DNA of 32,000 nucleotides from Desulfocapsa sulfexigens DSM 10523 (lineage in GTDB: Bacteria; Desulfobacterota; Desulfobulbia; Desulfobulbales; Desulfocapsaceae), in NCBI RefSeq assembly GCF_000341395.1, contig NC_020304.1, positions 1,170,001 to 1,202,000 on the forward strand, in the 5' to 3' direction. The position numbers and the translations under genes are program-made. Shown in pieces: positions 16,424-25,323 of the stretch. The notes beneath the pieces are model-generated. The model ran no database searches, was not told the origin of the DNA, and was given only the letters and a program-made list of their open reading frames with translations. The number at the start of each line of letters is the position of its first letter. Positions within the stretch are counted from its first letter, which is position 1.

Positions 16424-17761
16424 ATGAATATCTTACTTTATGGTGCAACAGAGCTTGGCTATATGCTGGCGAAGCGACTCTATCTGGAGCATAGTGTTAC
16501 TCTCATTGACGACCTGAAAAGGATGCCGGACAAATTTAATAATCTGGATCTCAGTTTCGTCGGTGGGAGTGGTGCTGATATTGATGCCCTGGAACAGGCC
16601 GATGTGAAGAAATGTGAACTGTTCATTGCCTGTTCCGGTCTTGATGAAGCCAATATTGTTGCCTGCTGGACAGTAAAAAAAATCGTGGATATTGAGACAA
16701 TTTGTTTTATTCGTACCATGGAACTCTACAGGAATCTTGCTTCCCCAAAACAGGATCGTTATCTGACCAGATACGATATTAATACCATCATCTGGCCGGA
16801 ACAATTACTTACCCAAGATATTTTTCGTATCATTTCTGTCCCCGAAGCCATTGATGTGGAATATTTTGCAGAAGGCCGGGCAAAGCTTTTTGAATACCGC
16901 ATCAAGGAAGATTCCGTCCTGTGCGACCACCGTGTCATGGATTGTTCTTTTCCTCCAGATGTACTTATTGTCGGCATCACACGTGAAAACCAGCTTTTTA
17001 TCCCAAATGGTTCTACTATCATCCTGGAGGATGATAAAATTATTTTCATGGGTACAAATTCTGCCCTCGATAGTCTGGCGGCAACAATATTTCAATCAAC
17101 TGAAGTCACGAAGACTGCTGTCCTCATAGGTGGAGGCAGTGTTGGTTTCATGTTGGCCCAGAAACTGGAACAGACTGGAATCCGAGTGAAAATCATTGAA
17201 CATGATCAGGCGCGATGTGAATTTCTGGCAGACAACTTGAAAAAAAGTCTCATACTCCATGGAGATGGGACAGACTTGGAACTACTAGAAGGGGAAAGCG
17301 TAGATAATGCTGACGTTGTTGTCTGTATCACCAATAATGATGAAAAAAACCTTCTCTGCTCACTTCTTGTCAAACAGCTTGCCCCCACCCGACGAATTAT
17401 CACCAGGGTTAAGGATGCTAGAACCGGTCAACTCTTTGAGAAGGTAGGCATTGATGTTACTGTATCTCCGCGGGACTCGGCACTCAAAGAACTTCTCAAT
17501 CGTGTGCAAGCAAGAAACGTAGACATCCTGGCGCTGGTAGAAGGAGGACAGGGGGAAGTATTGCGTCTGACTTTGCCTGAAAATTTCCCCGAAACAAAAG
17601 TTATTGATCTCAAATTTGAGGTCCAGGCAATTATAGGGATTGTCAAGCGGGGGCGGAGTCTTCTCATTCCCACTGGTAACACCGTTTTACAAGCCGGAGA
17701 TCAAATAAAGGTCTTCACCATGGCAGACGATGCCGAAATCGTAAAAATGCTCTTTTCCTGA
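16424..17761 (+). CDS. trkA: Trk potassium uptake system NAD-binding component TrkA (two RCK modules)
   Basis: The 445-aa protein has two TrkA-N/RCK_N plus RCK_C units. The second Rossmann motif is canonical (LIGGGSVGFMLAQKL). The first is degenerate (LLYGATELGYMLAKRL). The stop overlaps the trkH start (TGATG). Confidence 0.88.
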   Translation: MNILLYGATELGYMLAKRLYLEHSVTLIDDLKRMPDKFNNLDLSFVGGSGADIDALEQADVKKCELFIACSGLDEANIVACWTVKKIVDIETICFIRTMELYRNLASPKQDRYLTRYDINTIIWPEQLLTQDIFRIISVPEAIDVEYFAEGRAKLFEYRIKEDSVLCDHRVMDCSFPPDVLIVGITRENQLFIPNGSTIILEDDKIIFMGTNSALDSLAATIFQSTEVTKTAVLIGGGSVGFMLAQKLEQTGIRVKIIEHDQARCEFLADNLKKSLILHGDGTDLELLEGESVDNADVVVCITNNDEKNLLCSLLVKQLAPTRRIITRVKDARTGQLFEKVGIDVTVSPRDSALKELLNRVQARNVDILALVEGGQGEVLRLTLPENFPETKVIDLKFEVQAIIGIVKRGRSLLIPTGNTVLQAGDQIKVFTMADDAEIVKMLFS

Positions 17762-19218
17762 TGAAACTCAGTAATGTCCTTAATGCTCTTGGAATCATCC
17801 TTGTTGCCTTTGGTACAATCCTGCTGACTCCGATTGTGGTTGCTCTCGTTGAGCATGAATATAGCTCTGTTCTTCCTTTCATAACCGCAGCATCAACATC
17901 CATTGGGCTTGGCCTGCTATTCCAGAAATATGGTGGTTTCTCGAGAAATTTTGACGATCTTAAACGCAATGAAGGGCTGCTCATTGTCTCCCTTGCCTGG
18001 ATTGTTACAGCGGCTATGGGGGCGATCCCCTATCTTTTCTATGGCCTTTCTCCACTGGACGCCTATTTTGAGTCTGTATCCGGTATTACCACAACGGGTG
18101 CGACTATTCTCACTGATTTTTCCCTCTACCCCAAGGATTTCTTTTTCTGGCGTAGCCTCAGCCAATGGCTTGGTGGTATGGGGATTATCGTTTTATTTGT
18201 CGCTATCCTTCCACAATTTGCAGTGGCCGGCAGGCAAATATTTTTTGCAGAAGCACCAGGCCCCACTGAAGAAAAAGTGACCCCAAGAATTACCCATACG
18301 GCAAAGGCTCTCTGGCTGGTGTATCTCTTGTTGACTCTGTTGGAGATATTTTGTCTTGCTGCTGCCGGTATGCCTCTCTTTGATGCCACCTGCAATGCAC
18401 TTTCAACAATGGCAGCCGGGGGCTTTTCTCCCAACCCTTTGTCAATTATGGGCTATGAGAGCTCAACCGTTACCTGGATTATTACTTGTTTTATGTTTTT
18501 GGCAGGAAGTAACTTTGCTCTCCAGTACCGTTTTCTCATACAGGGAAAACCATTGCCCCTATTGAAAAATGAAGAGTTTCATTTCTACACTTCTATTGTA
18601 CTCTTTGTCTCGGTATGTCTCTGTATTGCGCTTCTTCTGGATGGCACAGCCACATTCCTTGATGCTGTCCGTGACAGTCTTTTTCAGATAGTATCTATTA
18701 TCACCACAGCCGGATTTTCATCAGCGGACTTTGCTCTTTGGAGTGTTACTGCTCAGACCATTCTTTTTACTGTGATGTTGGTGGGGGGCTGTGCCGGGTC
18801 AGCAGGAGGTGGAATAAAGGTTATCCGTGTGCTGTTTGGTCTGAAATATCTCAAACGTGAAATTACCCAGATTATCCATCCAAAAGCAGTTCTTCCTATT
18901 AAAATCGATCACAAGTCAGTAGCAGAAGATATTCAACGTCAGATTTTAGGGTTTCTTCTCTTTTATCTCGTACTGATGACCTTCTCTGCCCTTTTAGTGA
19001 CGATTATTGAAGGGGATGCTGCAGTTGGGATTGTAGGTACTGCCGCCACCATCGGCAATATCGGTCCAGGCTATGGGGAAATTGGTCCCATGGGAAGTTT
19101 TGGGGGGCTATCAATACTGACCAAAATTATCTTCATTCTCAACATGATCGTTGGTCGCCTGGAACTAATCCCCTTTTTAGCCATGCTGCATCCTGATTTT
19201 TGGAACTTTAGAAGGTGA
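17761..19218 (+). CDS. trkH: Trk potassium uptake membrane protein TrkH
   Basis: The 485-aa polytopic protein has repeated selectivity-filter-like GxTTTGA/ GGFS motifs (SGITTTGAT, MAAGGFS, ITTAGFS). It is translationally coupled to trkA. Confidence 0.88.
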   Translation: MKLSNVLNALGIILVAFGTILLTPIVVALVEHEYSSVLPFITAASTSIGLGLLFQKYGGFSRNFDDLKRNEGLLIVSLAWIVTAAMGAIPYLFYGLSPLDAYFESVSGITTTGATILTDFSLYPKDFFFWRSLSQWLGGMGIIVLFVAILPQFAVAGRQIFFAEAPGPTEEKVTPRITHTAKALWLVYLLLTLLEIFCLAAAGMPLFDATCNALSTMAAGGFSPNPLSIMGYESSTVTWIITCFMFLAGSNFALQYRFLIQGKPLPLLKNEEFHFYTSIVLFVSVCLCIALLLDGTATFLDAVRDSLFQIVSIITTAGFSSADFALWSVTAQTILFTVMLVGGCAGSAGGGIKVIRVLFGLKYLKREITQIIHPKAVLPIKIDHKSVAEDIQRQILGFLLFYLVLMTFSALLVTIIEGDAAVGIVGTAATIGNIGPGYGEIGPMGSFGGLSILTKIIFILNMIVGRLELIPFLAMLHPDFWNFRR

Positions 19219-19436
19219 AGGGTGATGAAAATTTGCAAAAGAAACAACCTTCTTCCTTAAAAAAAACGCCTTTGCGAAGGAAGAGCCATAGGCTGACGGC
19301 TGTTGCTTTACACACGGCAGAGAGGAACTAACGGTTATACAAAAAAAATCTTGCGCAGTACAGGTATACACGATGATACTGACGGCGGGCCTGGGGCTAC
19401 AAAAAGACCATCGACTACCCCAAGGTTGAGGCGAGG

Positions 19437-19685
19437 CTATTTCCGACCTTGAAGGTTCTTGGGATATCCTTTGGCAAACCTGATACAAGGATCCATTTTT
19501 TCTGCGATTATTATCTGATCAAAGGCATGGTGGAATGCCAGCCGGAACCAGCGAAACTTATTTTGCACCAATGTTGACTCCTCGCATCCGACACGGATGT
19601 AACCAGTGGTGCCAATACTGCAAGCCTGGGCCAGGACAATCATTTCCGGGTGGAACTCAGCCTTGGAAATGTTTTCTCCAGGCAA
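19437..19685 (-). CDS. Questionable small ORF (82 aa) or gene remnant
   Basis: This is the only plausible ORF in the 630-bp gap between trkH and the aldo/keto reductase. It has a TTG start (or an internal ATG), no convincing RBS and no family I recognise. Confidence 0.2.
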   Translation of the reverse strand: MPGENISKAEFHPEMIVLAQACSIGTTGYIRVGCEESTLVQNKFRWFRLAFHHAFDQIIIAEKMDPCIRFAKGYPKNLQGRK

Positions 19686-19852
19686 CTCTTTTTAGTGGGC
19701 TAGCTGGAGTGGCTTTCAAGATGAACAAGCAAGTGATCGCTCAACAACTATGACATTTCTAGTAAAAATACTCAGCAAAGCATAACATAGTAGGAATATA
19801 AACAACTTGATGCGGATCTTTAAAACCTTTGCAGTCACTTGTAGGAGAGACA

Positions 19853-20695
19853 ATGAAAACCACTAATTTCAATACATTGAAGGGAAACGTTTCTGTTGTC
19901 GGTATGGGTGGGGAAGGGATTCTCAGAACCTATGGTAAAGATAATGAGGCGCAGGCCGTTATAAAGGAGGCTTTGGCCCAGGGGATTACCTATTTCGATT
20001 CGGCCAAAGCGTACTCTGATAGTGAACGGTATTATGGAAAAATATGGGGCAAGAACCCAGACCTGCGCCAGAACGTTTTCCAAACCAGCAAATCAGCCGC
20101 GCGGGACAAAAAAGGAGCCCTCGTTGATTTGCAAAACAGTTTCCAACGCCTTCAAACCAGTTATCTTGATCTCTGGCAGATTCATGATATCCGCACAGAT
20201 GATGATTTCCGTGCTATTGCCCGACCCGGCGGAGCCTTAGAAGCCTTTGTCGAAGCCAGAGAGCAAGGTTTGGTAAAAGCCATCGGAGTCACCGGACACC
20301 ATGACCCTTATATCCTCACTCGTGCCCTTAAAGAATGGCCTGTGGATGCGGTACTTATGCCCGTAAATCCGGTGGAAGGCAATATGGAAGGCTTTCTCAC
20401 CGATACCCTACCCGCAGCCCAGCAAAAATCCGTTGCCATTATCGGAATGAAGGTGCTTGGAGCCTCCCATTATATCCTACCCAAATTCGATATATCTCCA
20501 GAATTATTGATCCGCTACGCCCTTTCTTTTGATATTACTTTGCCCATCATTGGCTGTTCCACTCCAGCCGAGGTCCGCACCTTAGCCTCAGTAGGGACAA
20601 ATCTTAAACCCCTGTCAGATGGTGAAAAAAAGAATATTGAAGCAATTTTCAAACCCTATGCCCATCGCCTCGCCTTCTATCGCGGCGTGCGTTAG
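19853..20695 (+). CDS. Aldo/keto reductase family oxidoreductase
   Basis: ATG 19853 is preceded by AGGAG (19843-19847). AKR catalytic-tetrad context is present (FDSAKAY, TSK, LWQIHD). Confidence 0.8.
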   Translation: MKTTNFNTLKGNVSVVGMGGEGILRTYGKDNEAQAVIKEALAQGITYFDSAKAYSDSERYYGKIWGKNPDLRQNVFQTSKSAARDKKGALVDLQNSFQRLQTSYLDLWQIHDIRTDDDFRAIARPGGALEAFVEAREQGLVKAIGVTGHHDPYILTRALKEWPVDAVLMPVNPVEGNMEGFLTDTLPAAQQKSVAIIGMKVLGASHYILPKFDISPELLIRYALSFDITLPIIGCSTPAEVRTLASVGTNLKPLSDGEKKNIEAIFKPYAHRLAFYRGVR

Positions 20696-20791
20696 GGATA
20701 GGGTAACGCAAGAAAGGGGGCACCCATGAAAAAGCCTTCGTCAAGAGTATAGAGAACCCTATTCAAGTAAAATGTTTTCTTCATTGCAAGG

Positions 20792-21155
20792 TTAAAACCA
20801 CGACACACCCTCGGCCATCTTGAATTCGCCATAACCACTTCCGGAGGCAAGGACATCTGAACCCGCCTTGTATTTATCCTCGATATATTGGGGGACAATG
20901 ACCCCGTTTGATAAAAAGAAGTAGCCCGAATCCCGCCACAGCCCCCCAGGGGGGGTATGATTTTTTTCATGAGTCGTCTTTCTCCAATGTAATGGATGGG
21001 CGATGTCTCCGGTTGGAGTACCAACCGAAATAGCGAACAAGCTGGAAACTCTTTTCGGGGATGTGCTGGGCGAGAGTCGTTATGCCCTTCTCGTCTCCCC
21101 TTCCTTTACCAACAGTTTGAGGAGACTGGCTCTGAACAATTCTGCCAGCGCCCAC
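20792..21155 (-). pseudogene. Decayed 3' remnant of an IS91/Y2-type (HUH) transposase gene
   Basis: The minus-strand fragment reads ...LAQHIPEKSFQLVRYFGWYSNRRHR (21009-21065), matching the C-terminal H-I-P-x-K-x-F-x-x-V-R-Y-Y-G-x-Y-S-N motif as I recall it for these transposases. The rest is split over at least two frames with stops. No catalytic N-terminal part is present. Confidence 0.5.
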
Positions 21156-21228
21156 CTGAAGACAAAAATCGAGAAAAATAATATATTTGGTAATTGAGAT
21201 GGGATGGATCTGCTTTCACTACTTTACC

Positions 21229-23694
21229 TCAAGACAGCCCGCCTCTTACCTGCTGATATACTGTTTCCGTCAATGAGTCATAGGTATGGCCCTCGGGAAA
21301 AACGGGCTGCTGAAACCTCACCGACACCTGACGCAGAGGTCTGGGAAAAAGAGTCCCCACGGGTAGAGCCTGATAAGCACCATTTATGGTAACAGGAACA
21401 ACCGGGACATTCAGCTCCATACTGAGAATGGCGAATAGTTTCTTGAAATCTCCAAGGGTACCATCCATACTTCGCGTTCCCTCAGGGAATATCATAATGT
21501 TTTTCCCTTTTTTCAACACCTCGGCCAGCTTCTGAATGGACTCTTTGAGGCCTGAGTTCAGATCCACGACGATAACATTATTTCTGTCTGCCAGAAAACG
21601 TATTAGCGGATTGTTAACATGTTTTCGTTTGGCATAAAAATAGGTGTTTTTGAAAAAATTCTGCTTGAGCAGAGACGCCACAAACAGGCCATCATAAAAA
21701 CTCTGATGGTTCGGGGCTATAATGCATGGTGTATCGGGGATGTTCTCCTGGCCCTCCCCCTTAAACCTGAAGTAACCCTTAAAAAAGAGTTTGCTGCAAG
21801 TCCTGAATACATTGGCGGTAATCCATGTCCTGGGAAGTGTCAGGTCAACTTTTTCTTTCAGAATATCTTTCCAGTTTACCAGCTCAACGCTTATTTTTTC
21901 CTTCTTCTCCTGAATAAATTCACTGAGACGACGAACTGTCTGGTGTGCCATCAGTTTTTCTTCGCTGAGTTCCACCCCGAAGGTGGATTTCAGGAAGGCA
22001 AGAAGACTCACCTGATCGAGAGAGTCCATGGCGATATCAATCTCCAGATGGTCATCGGGAAAAATTTCCCTTTTACTCTGTTCCTCGATAAAACCTTTGA
22101 TAATAAGATACTCTTCAAAGTCAGGCTGCCTGGCATCGCTTTTCCGTGCTGCCCTCTTTCCTACCAGATCAGGTAACTGAAAACGGCGCAGCTTGGAAAG
22201 TCGTGTCTTGGGCAATTCTTCGTCTATCAAGGTGAATTTCAGGATGCGTTTTGAAGGAGAAACCGTCTTATTGTAGGCATCAATAATCTTCCAACGAAAG
22301 AAATCATCAAGCTCCGTGATCTCACGCGCCCTGACTTTCTGAAAATCCGGCTGAATAACTGCCTGCAGGATATCATCCTTCACAAAGACCCCGACTTCAT
22401 TGATGCAGTCTGTTAAGCTCTCCAGTTTCTGTTCAACCAGAACCGGATTGATATTCTTGCCACTGGCCAATACAATAATTTCTTTTCTGCGGCCGGTTAT
22501 AAAAAGCCGCCCCTTCTCATCAAGATGACCAAGATCCCCGGTGTAGAGCCATCCATCCTTTAAAACCTCGGCGGTTTCCTCTGGACGATTCAGATACCCC
22601 TGCATAATATTTTTTCCCGATGCGACAATCTCCCCATCCCGTATCTCAATACTGGTGCAGGACATAGCGGTACCGGCAGAACCGATGGTGACCTGACCAG
22701 GACGGGTAAAGCTAATCATCGGTGCAGCCTCAGTCATTCCAAATCCTTCAAGGATTTCAAAGCCCAGAGTCATAAAATTACTACCGACATCAGGATCGAG
22801 GGCAGCTCCACCGCAAACAAGATACTTAAGTTTTCCACCAAATTTTTGATGTACGGCCTTAAAAATCATACGGGAAAAGCCCTGAGAACCTGCTTTTTCG
22901 GCGATGAAAAAGAGCAGGCGGGCAATTTTCTTCTGATTAATCTTGTCCATAACGCCTTTACAGATCGTCTTATACAGCCGGGGCACTCCAATAATAATTG
23001 TAACCTGATTATTCTGGAGAGTACTGATAATATCCTGCGGCTGGAGGGACGGAGACATGGCGATGGTCGCACCAACTGACAAAGGAGCAACCATGGAACC
23101 AAGCAGAGGGAAGATATGATGCAGGGGAAGCAGAAGCATAACCCGTTCATCGATGGAATATATGGGTACCCCGATGGAAACGGCTTCCACATTCGCCATC
23201 ACATTCTCATAAGAAAGCATTACACCTTTGGGATCGCCGGTGGTTCCGGAAGTGTAGATTATCAGCGCTGTGTCATTCAGCGATTTTTTGGCAAAATCGA
23301 TTCCTTCTACGACTTCTTCAGAAGTATTACCAGCTGTCCCCACATCTTCATAAACAAGGAGAAGTGGAGTATGGTCAATGGACTCAATAACACTGCGAAA
23401 GAGTTTCTCCCGCTCACGGGAACAAAAAACAACGTCCGGTAAACAATCGTTTACGATGTAGATTACTTCCTCAACGGTTGACAGATAATCAACCGGAATA
23501 ACAGTACAGTTATTTTTCCACGAACCAAGAAAACTGTAAATCCACTCCGGCCTGTTTTCCGAGAAAATCAGAACCCGTTCGGCGGTATCTGGAAACAGCT
23601 TTGCAAAATAGACTGCCTCTCGAAGAAGATCCGCATAACGTATTTTCTGATCCTTCCACTTGAGTGCCGTCTTGTTGTAATTCTTCAAAAACAT
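21229..23694 (-). CDS. Tri-domain fusion: acyl-AMP/CoA ligase - carrier (ACP-like) domain - 1-acyl-sn-glycerol-3-phosphate acyltransferase (PlsC family)
   Basis: The AMP-binding motif YTSGTTGDPKGV and the later YTGDLG are present. The phosphopantetheine-site-like segment is IAMDSLDQVSLLAFL. The acyltransferase has HX4D as NHQSFYDG and block III FPEGTRS. All lie in one 821-aa ORF. Confidence 0.85.
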   Translation of the reverse strand: MFLKNYNKTALKWKDQKIRYADLLREAVYFAKLFPDTAERVLIFSENRPEWIYSFLGSWKNNCTVIPVDYLSTVEEVIYIVNDCLPDVVFCSREREKLFRSVIESIDHTPLLLVYEDVGTAGNTSEEVVEGIDFAKKSLNDTALIIYTSGTTGDPKGVMLSYENVMANVEAVSIGVPIYSIDERVMLLLPLHHIFPLLGSMVAPLSVGATIAMSPSLQPQDIISTLQNNQVTIIIGVPRLYKTICKGVMDKINQKKIARLLFFIAEKAGSQGFSRMIFKAVHQKFGGKLKYLVCGGAALDPDVGSNFMTLGFEILEGFGMTEAAPMISFTRPGQVTIGSAGTAMSCTSIEIRDGEIVASGKNIMQGYLNRPEETAEVLKDGWLYTGDLGHLDEKGRLFITGRRKEIIVLASGKNINPVLVEQKLESLTDCINEVGVFVKDDILQAVIQPDFQKVRAREITELDDFFRWKIIDAYNKTVSPSKRILKFTLIDEELPKTRLSKLRRFQLPDLVGKRAARKSDARQPDFEEYLIIKGFIEEQSKREIFPDDHLEIDIAMDSLDQVSLLAFLKSTFGVELSEEKLMAHQTVRRLSEFIQEKKEKISVELVNWKDILKEKVDLTLPRTWITANVFRTCSKLFFKGYFRFKGEGQENIPDTPCIIAPNHQSFYDGLFVASLLKQNFFKNTYFYAKRKHVNNPLIRFLADRNNVIVVDLNSGLKESIQKLAEVLKKGKNIMIFPEGTRSMDGTLGDFKKLFAILSMELNVPVVPVTINGAYQALPVGTLFPRPLRQVSVRFQQPVFPEGHTYDSLTETVYQQVRGGLS

Positions 23695-23970
23695 GGCTTT
23701 CCACTATCAATGGGCCGTATTGGCAATTGCTTGTTGCTCAGTATCAGGATTTGATACTGACTTCAAATTCACTTCCCGCTATCTACACCAATTAAGACAA
23801 ATTACCAATAACTGTCCCGTTTTTTACCTGAAAATGCTCTTTGGATACGACGTTGTTGTATATCCCTCTTGCTGATATTTGAACTTCACAGTATCCTGTA
23901 TCGTACCATCAGACAAACTCAGGGGCTGATTCACGACTCCCTACAACCAGGAATTCTCAGGAGAACAGGA

Positions 23971-24219
23971 ATGAAAAAAATTATAGTCCTTCTTATTGCA
24001 GCGGCTGCCGGATATGGTCTGCTTGGCTATCACTTTATTCTTTTGGACAGCAGTGTGAAAATTCTCAAGAAAAACAAGGTTCAATATGTGAATACCTTCG
24101 TCGATGCACGAGGGAGCAAAAAACTGGAACTTGCCTTACAGCCGGATCTGATCGCTGCAGGTATCAAAGATCTGTTTGGTCAAATTGAGGGATCTGTCAA
24201 GGAAGCCACCGATCACTAA
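23971..24219 (+). CDS. Small membrane-anchored hypothetical protein (82 aa)
   Basis: ATG 23971 is preceded by AGGAG (23959-23963). The N-terminal helix is MKKIIVLLIAAAAGYGLLGYHFILL. Confidence 0.55.
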   Translation: MKKIIVLLIAAAAGYGLLGYHFILLDSSVKILKKNKVQYVNTFVDARGSKKLELALQPDLIAAGIKDLFGQIEGSVKEATDH

Positions 24220-24293
24220 ATCAAAGGATTTCTTCGTGTGTGGCCTGGTTCTATTGAATACAATCAGCAGGTGTTCAGAGTGAAGGGTATTCT

Positions 24294-24866
24294 TTAGTAT
24301 TCAGCAAGCACCCCGAAGTGATGCGTGAAGCCCGTCACCTCCCGCACCTCCGAAAACCCTGCTTCCTGCAACACTGCCATAACATCTTCCACAAATACAC
24401 GATGCTCCAGTGGAGGCCCTTGTTCACAGGCCTCCACCTTCTTTTCCCAATCAACTATCAGCAGTCGTCCGCCGGGCAGTAGAACTCTTCGTATTTCACG
24501 CAACAAGGGTACTGGATTGCCAAGTTCATGAAAGACCGTAATAGACCAAATGCCATCGACGCTTGCATCGGCAAAGGGAAGAACATCACGCGTCATGAGT
24601 TGTGGCAGAATATGGTCTTTTTCTCTACCCCTTGCCATCTCCTCCACCATCAGCGGCTCAATATCCAGGGCGTGAATAACCGCATCGGGTACCATTAAGG
24701 CAACTTCACGGCTGATATAGCCAGTGCCGGCACCGATATCAAGATACACCCGCCTTTTCTCCATTTCCAACAGCGTTCCTATTCTCTGCGGGGGAATCCA
24801 TTGTAACCGAACCGGGTTGTTCAGTTTCTTTCTCTTGGCCGGATTAAATTTTTTTTCTTCAGACAT
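24294..24866 (-). CDS. Class I SAM-dependent methyltransferase
   Basis: Motif I is YLDIGAGTGYIS. An acidic residue follows beta-2 (ALDIE). The overall length and pattern resemble Methyltransf_11-type enzymes. Confidence 0.8.
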   Translation of the reverse strand: MSEEKKFNPAKRKKLNNPVRLQWIPPQRIGTLLEMEKRRVYLDIGAGTGYISREVALMVPDAVIHALDIEPLMVEEMARGREKDHILPQLMTRDVLPFADASVDGIWSITVFHELGNPVPLLREIRRVLLPGGRLLIVDWEKKVEACEQGPPLEHRVFVEDVMAVLQEAGFSEVREVTGFTHHFGVLAEY

Positions 24867-24955
24867 TCTCTGTTCCCGTCGGAAATGTTATTCTGCTTTT
24901 TTCAATTCTCTGTTCGTAAAAACACCTGTCCCGATTTGCTTACCGTTCACCAGTG

Positions 24956-25219
24956 CTAGAACAATTTACGAATACGCTCATAACCTGACTTCAATTCATC
25001 GGCCACAAGGCTCAGGGCAGCACCGGCATTTTCAGCAGTTTTACCAGCTTCATCTACAACTGGTTTGCATTGCTCCAGAAAAGCTTTCCATTTTTTATCA
25101 AGCTTCTCTAATTCCTGTACAGCTTCTGCCTTACCAAGATGAGCCTCCAGTCGAATCTCATCACGCAGCTCTTCAATTGAAGCCTTTATCGCATCAAGTT
25201 TACTTGTTTCATCTGTCAT
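24956..25219 (-). CDS. Small charged coiled-coil hypothetical protein (87 aa)
   Basis: ATG 25219 has GAGGA 7 nt upstream. The protein is helical and heptad-like, rich in E/K/A. Confidence 0.6.
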   Translation of the reverse strand: MTDETSKLDAIKASIEELRDEIRLEAHLGKAEAVQELEKLDKKWKAFLEQCKPVVDEAGKTAENAGAALSLVADELKSGYERIRKLF

Positions 25220-25323
25220 GTTTTTTCCTCAGGGATAAGTAACGTTCCATTCTTTTTTCATATCAACAACTGTCCAGTCATTGCGCTACTTGATTTTATC
25301 AACACAAGGACTCAACACTGATT

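Noticed and set aside
16424-16480. Degenerate first Rossmann motif in TrkA (GATELG instead of GxGxxG) as a sign of a pseudogene
   Set aside because: The ORF is full length and coupled to trkH. Degenerate first RCK_N motifs can still be functional, so this is noted only in the feature evidence.
19252-19283. Inverted repeat CTTCCTT...AAGGAAG after trkH as a terminator
   Set aside because: The loop is 18 nt and no U-tract follows, so it is not a convincing intrinsic terminator.
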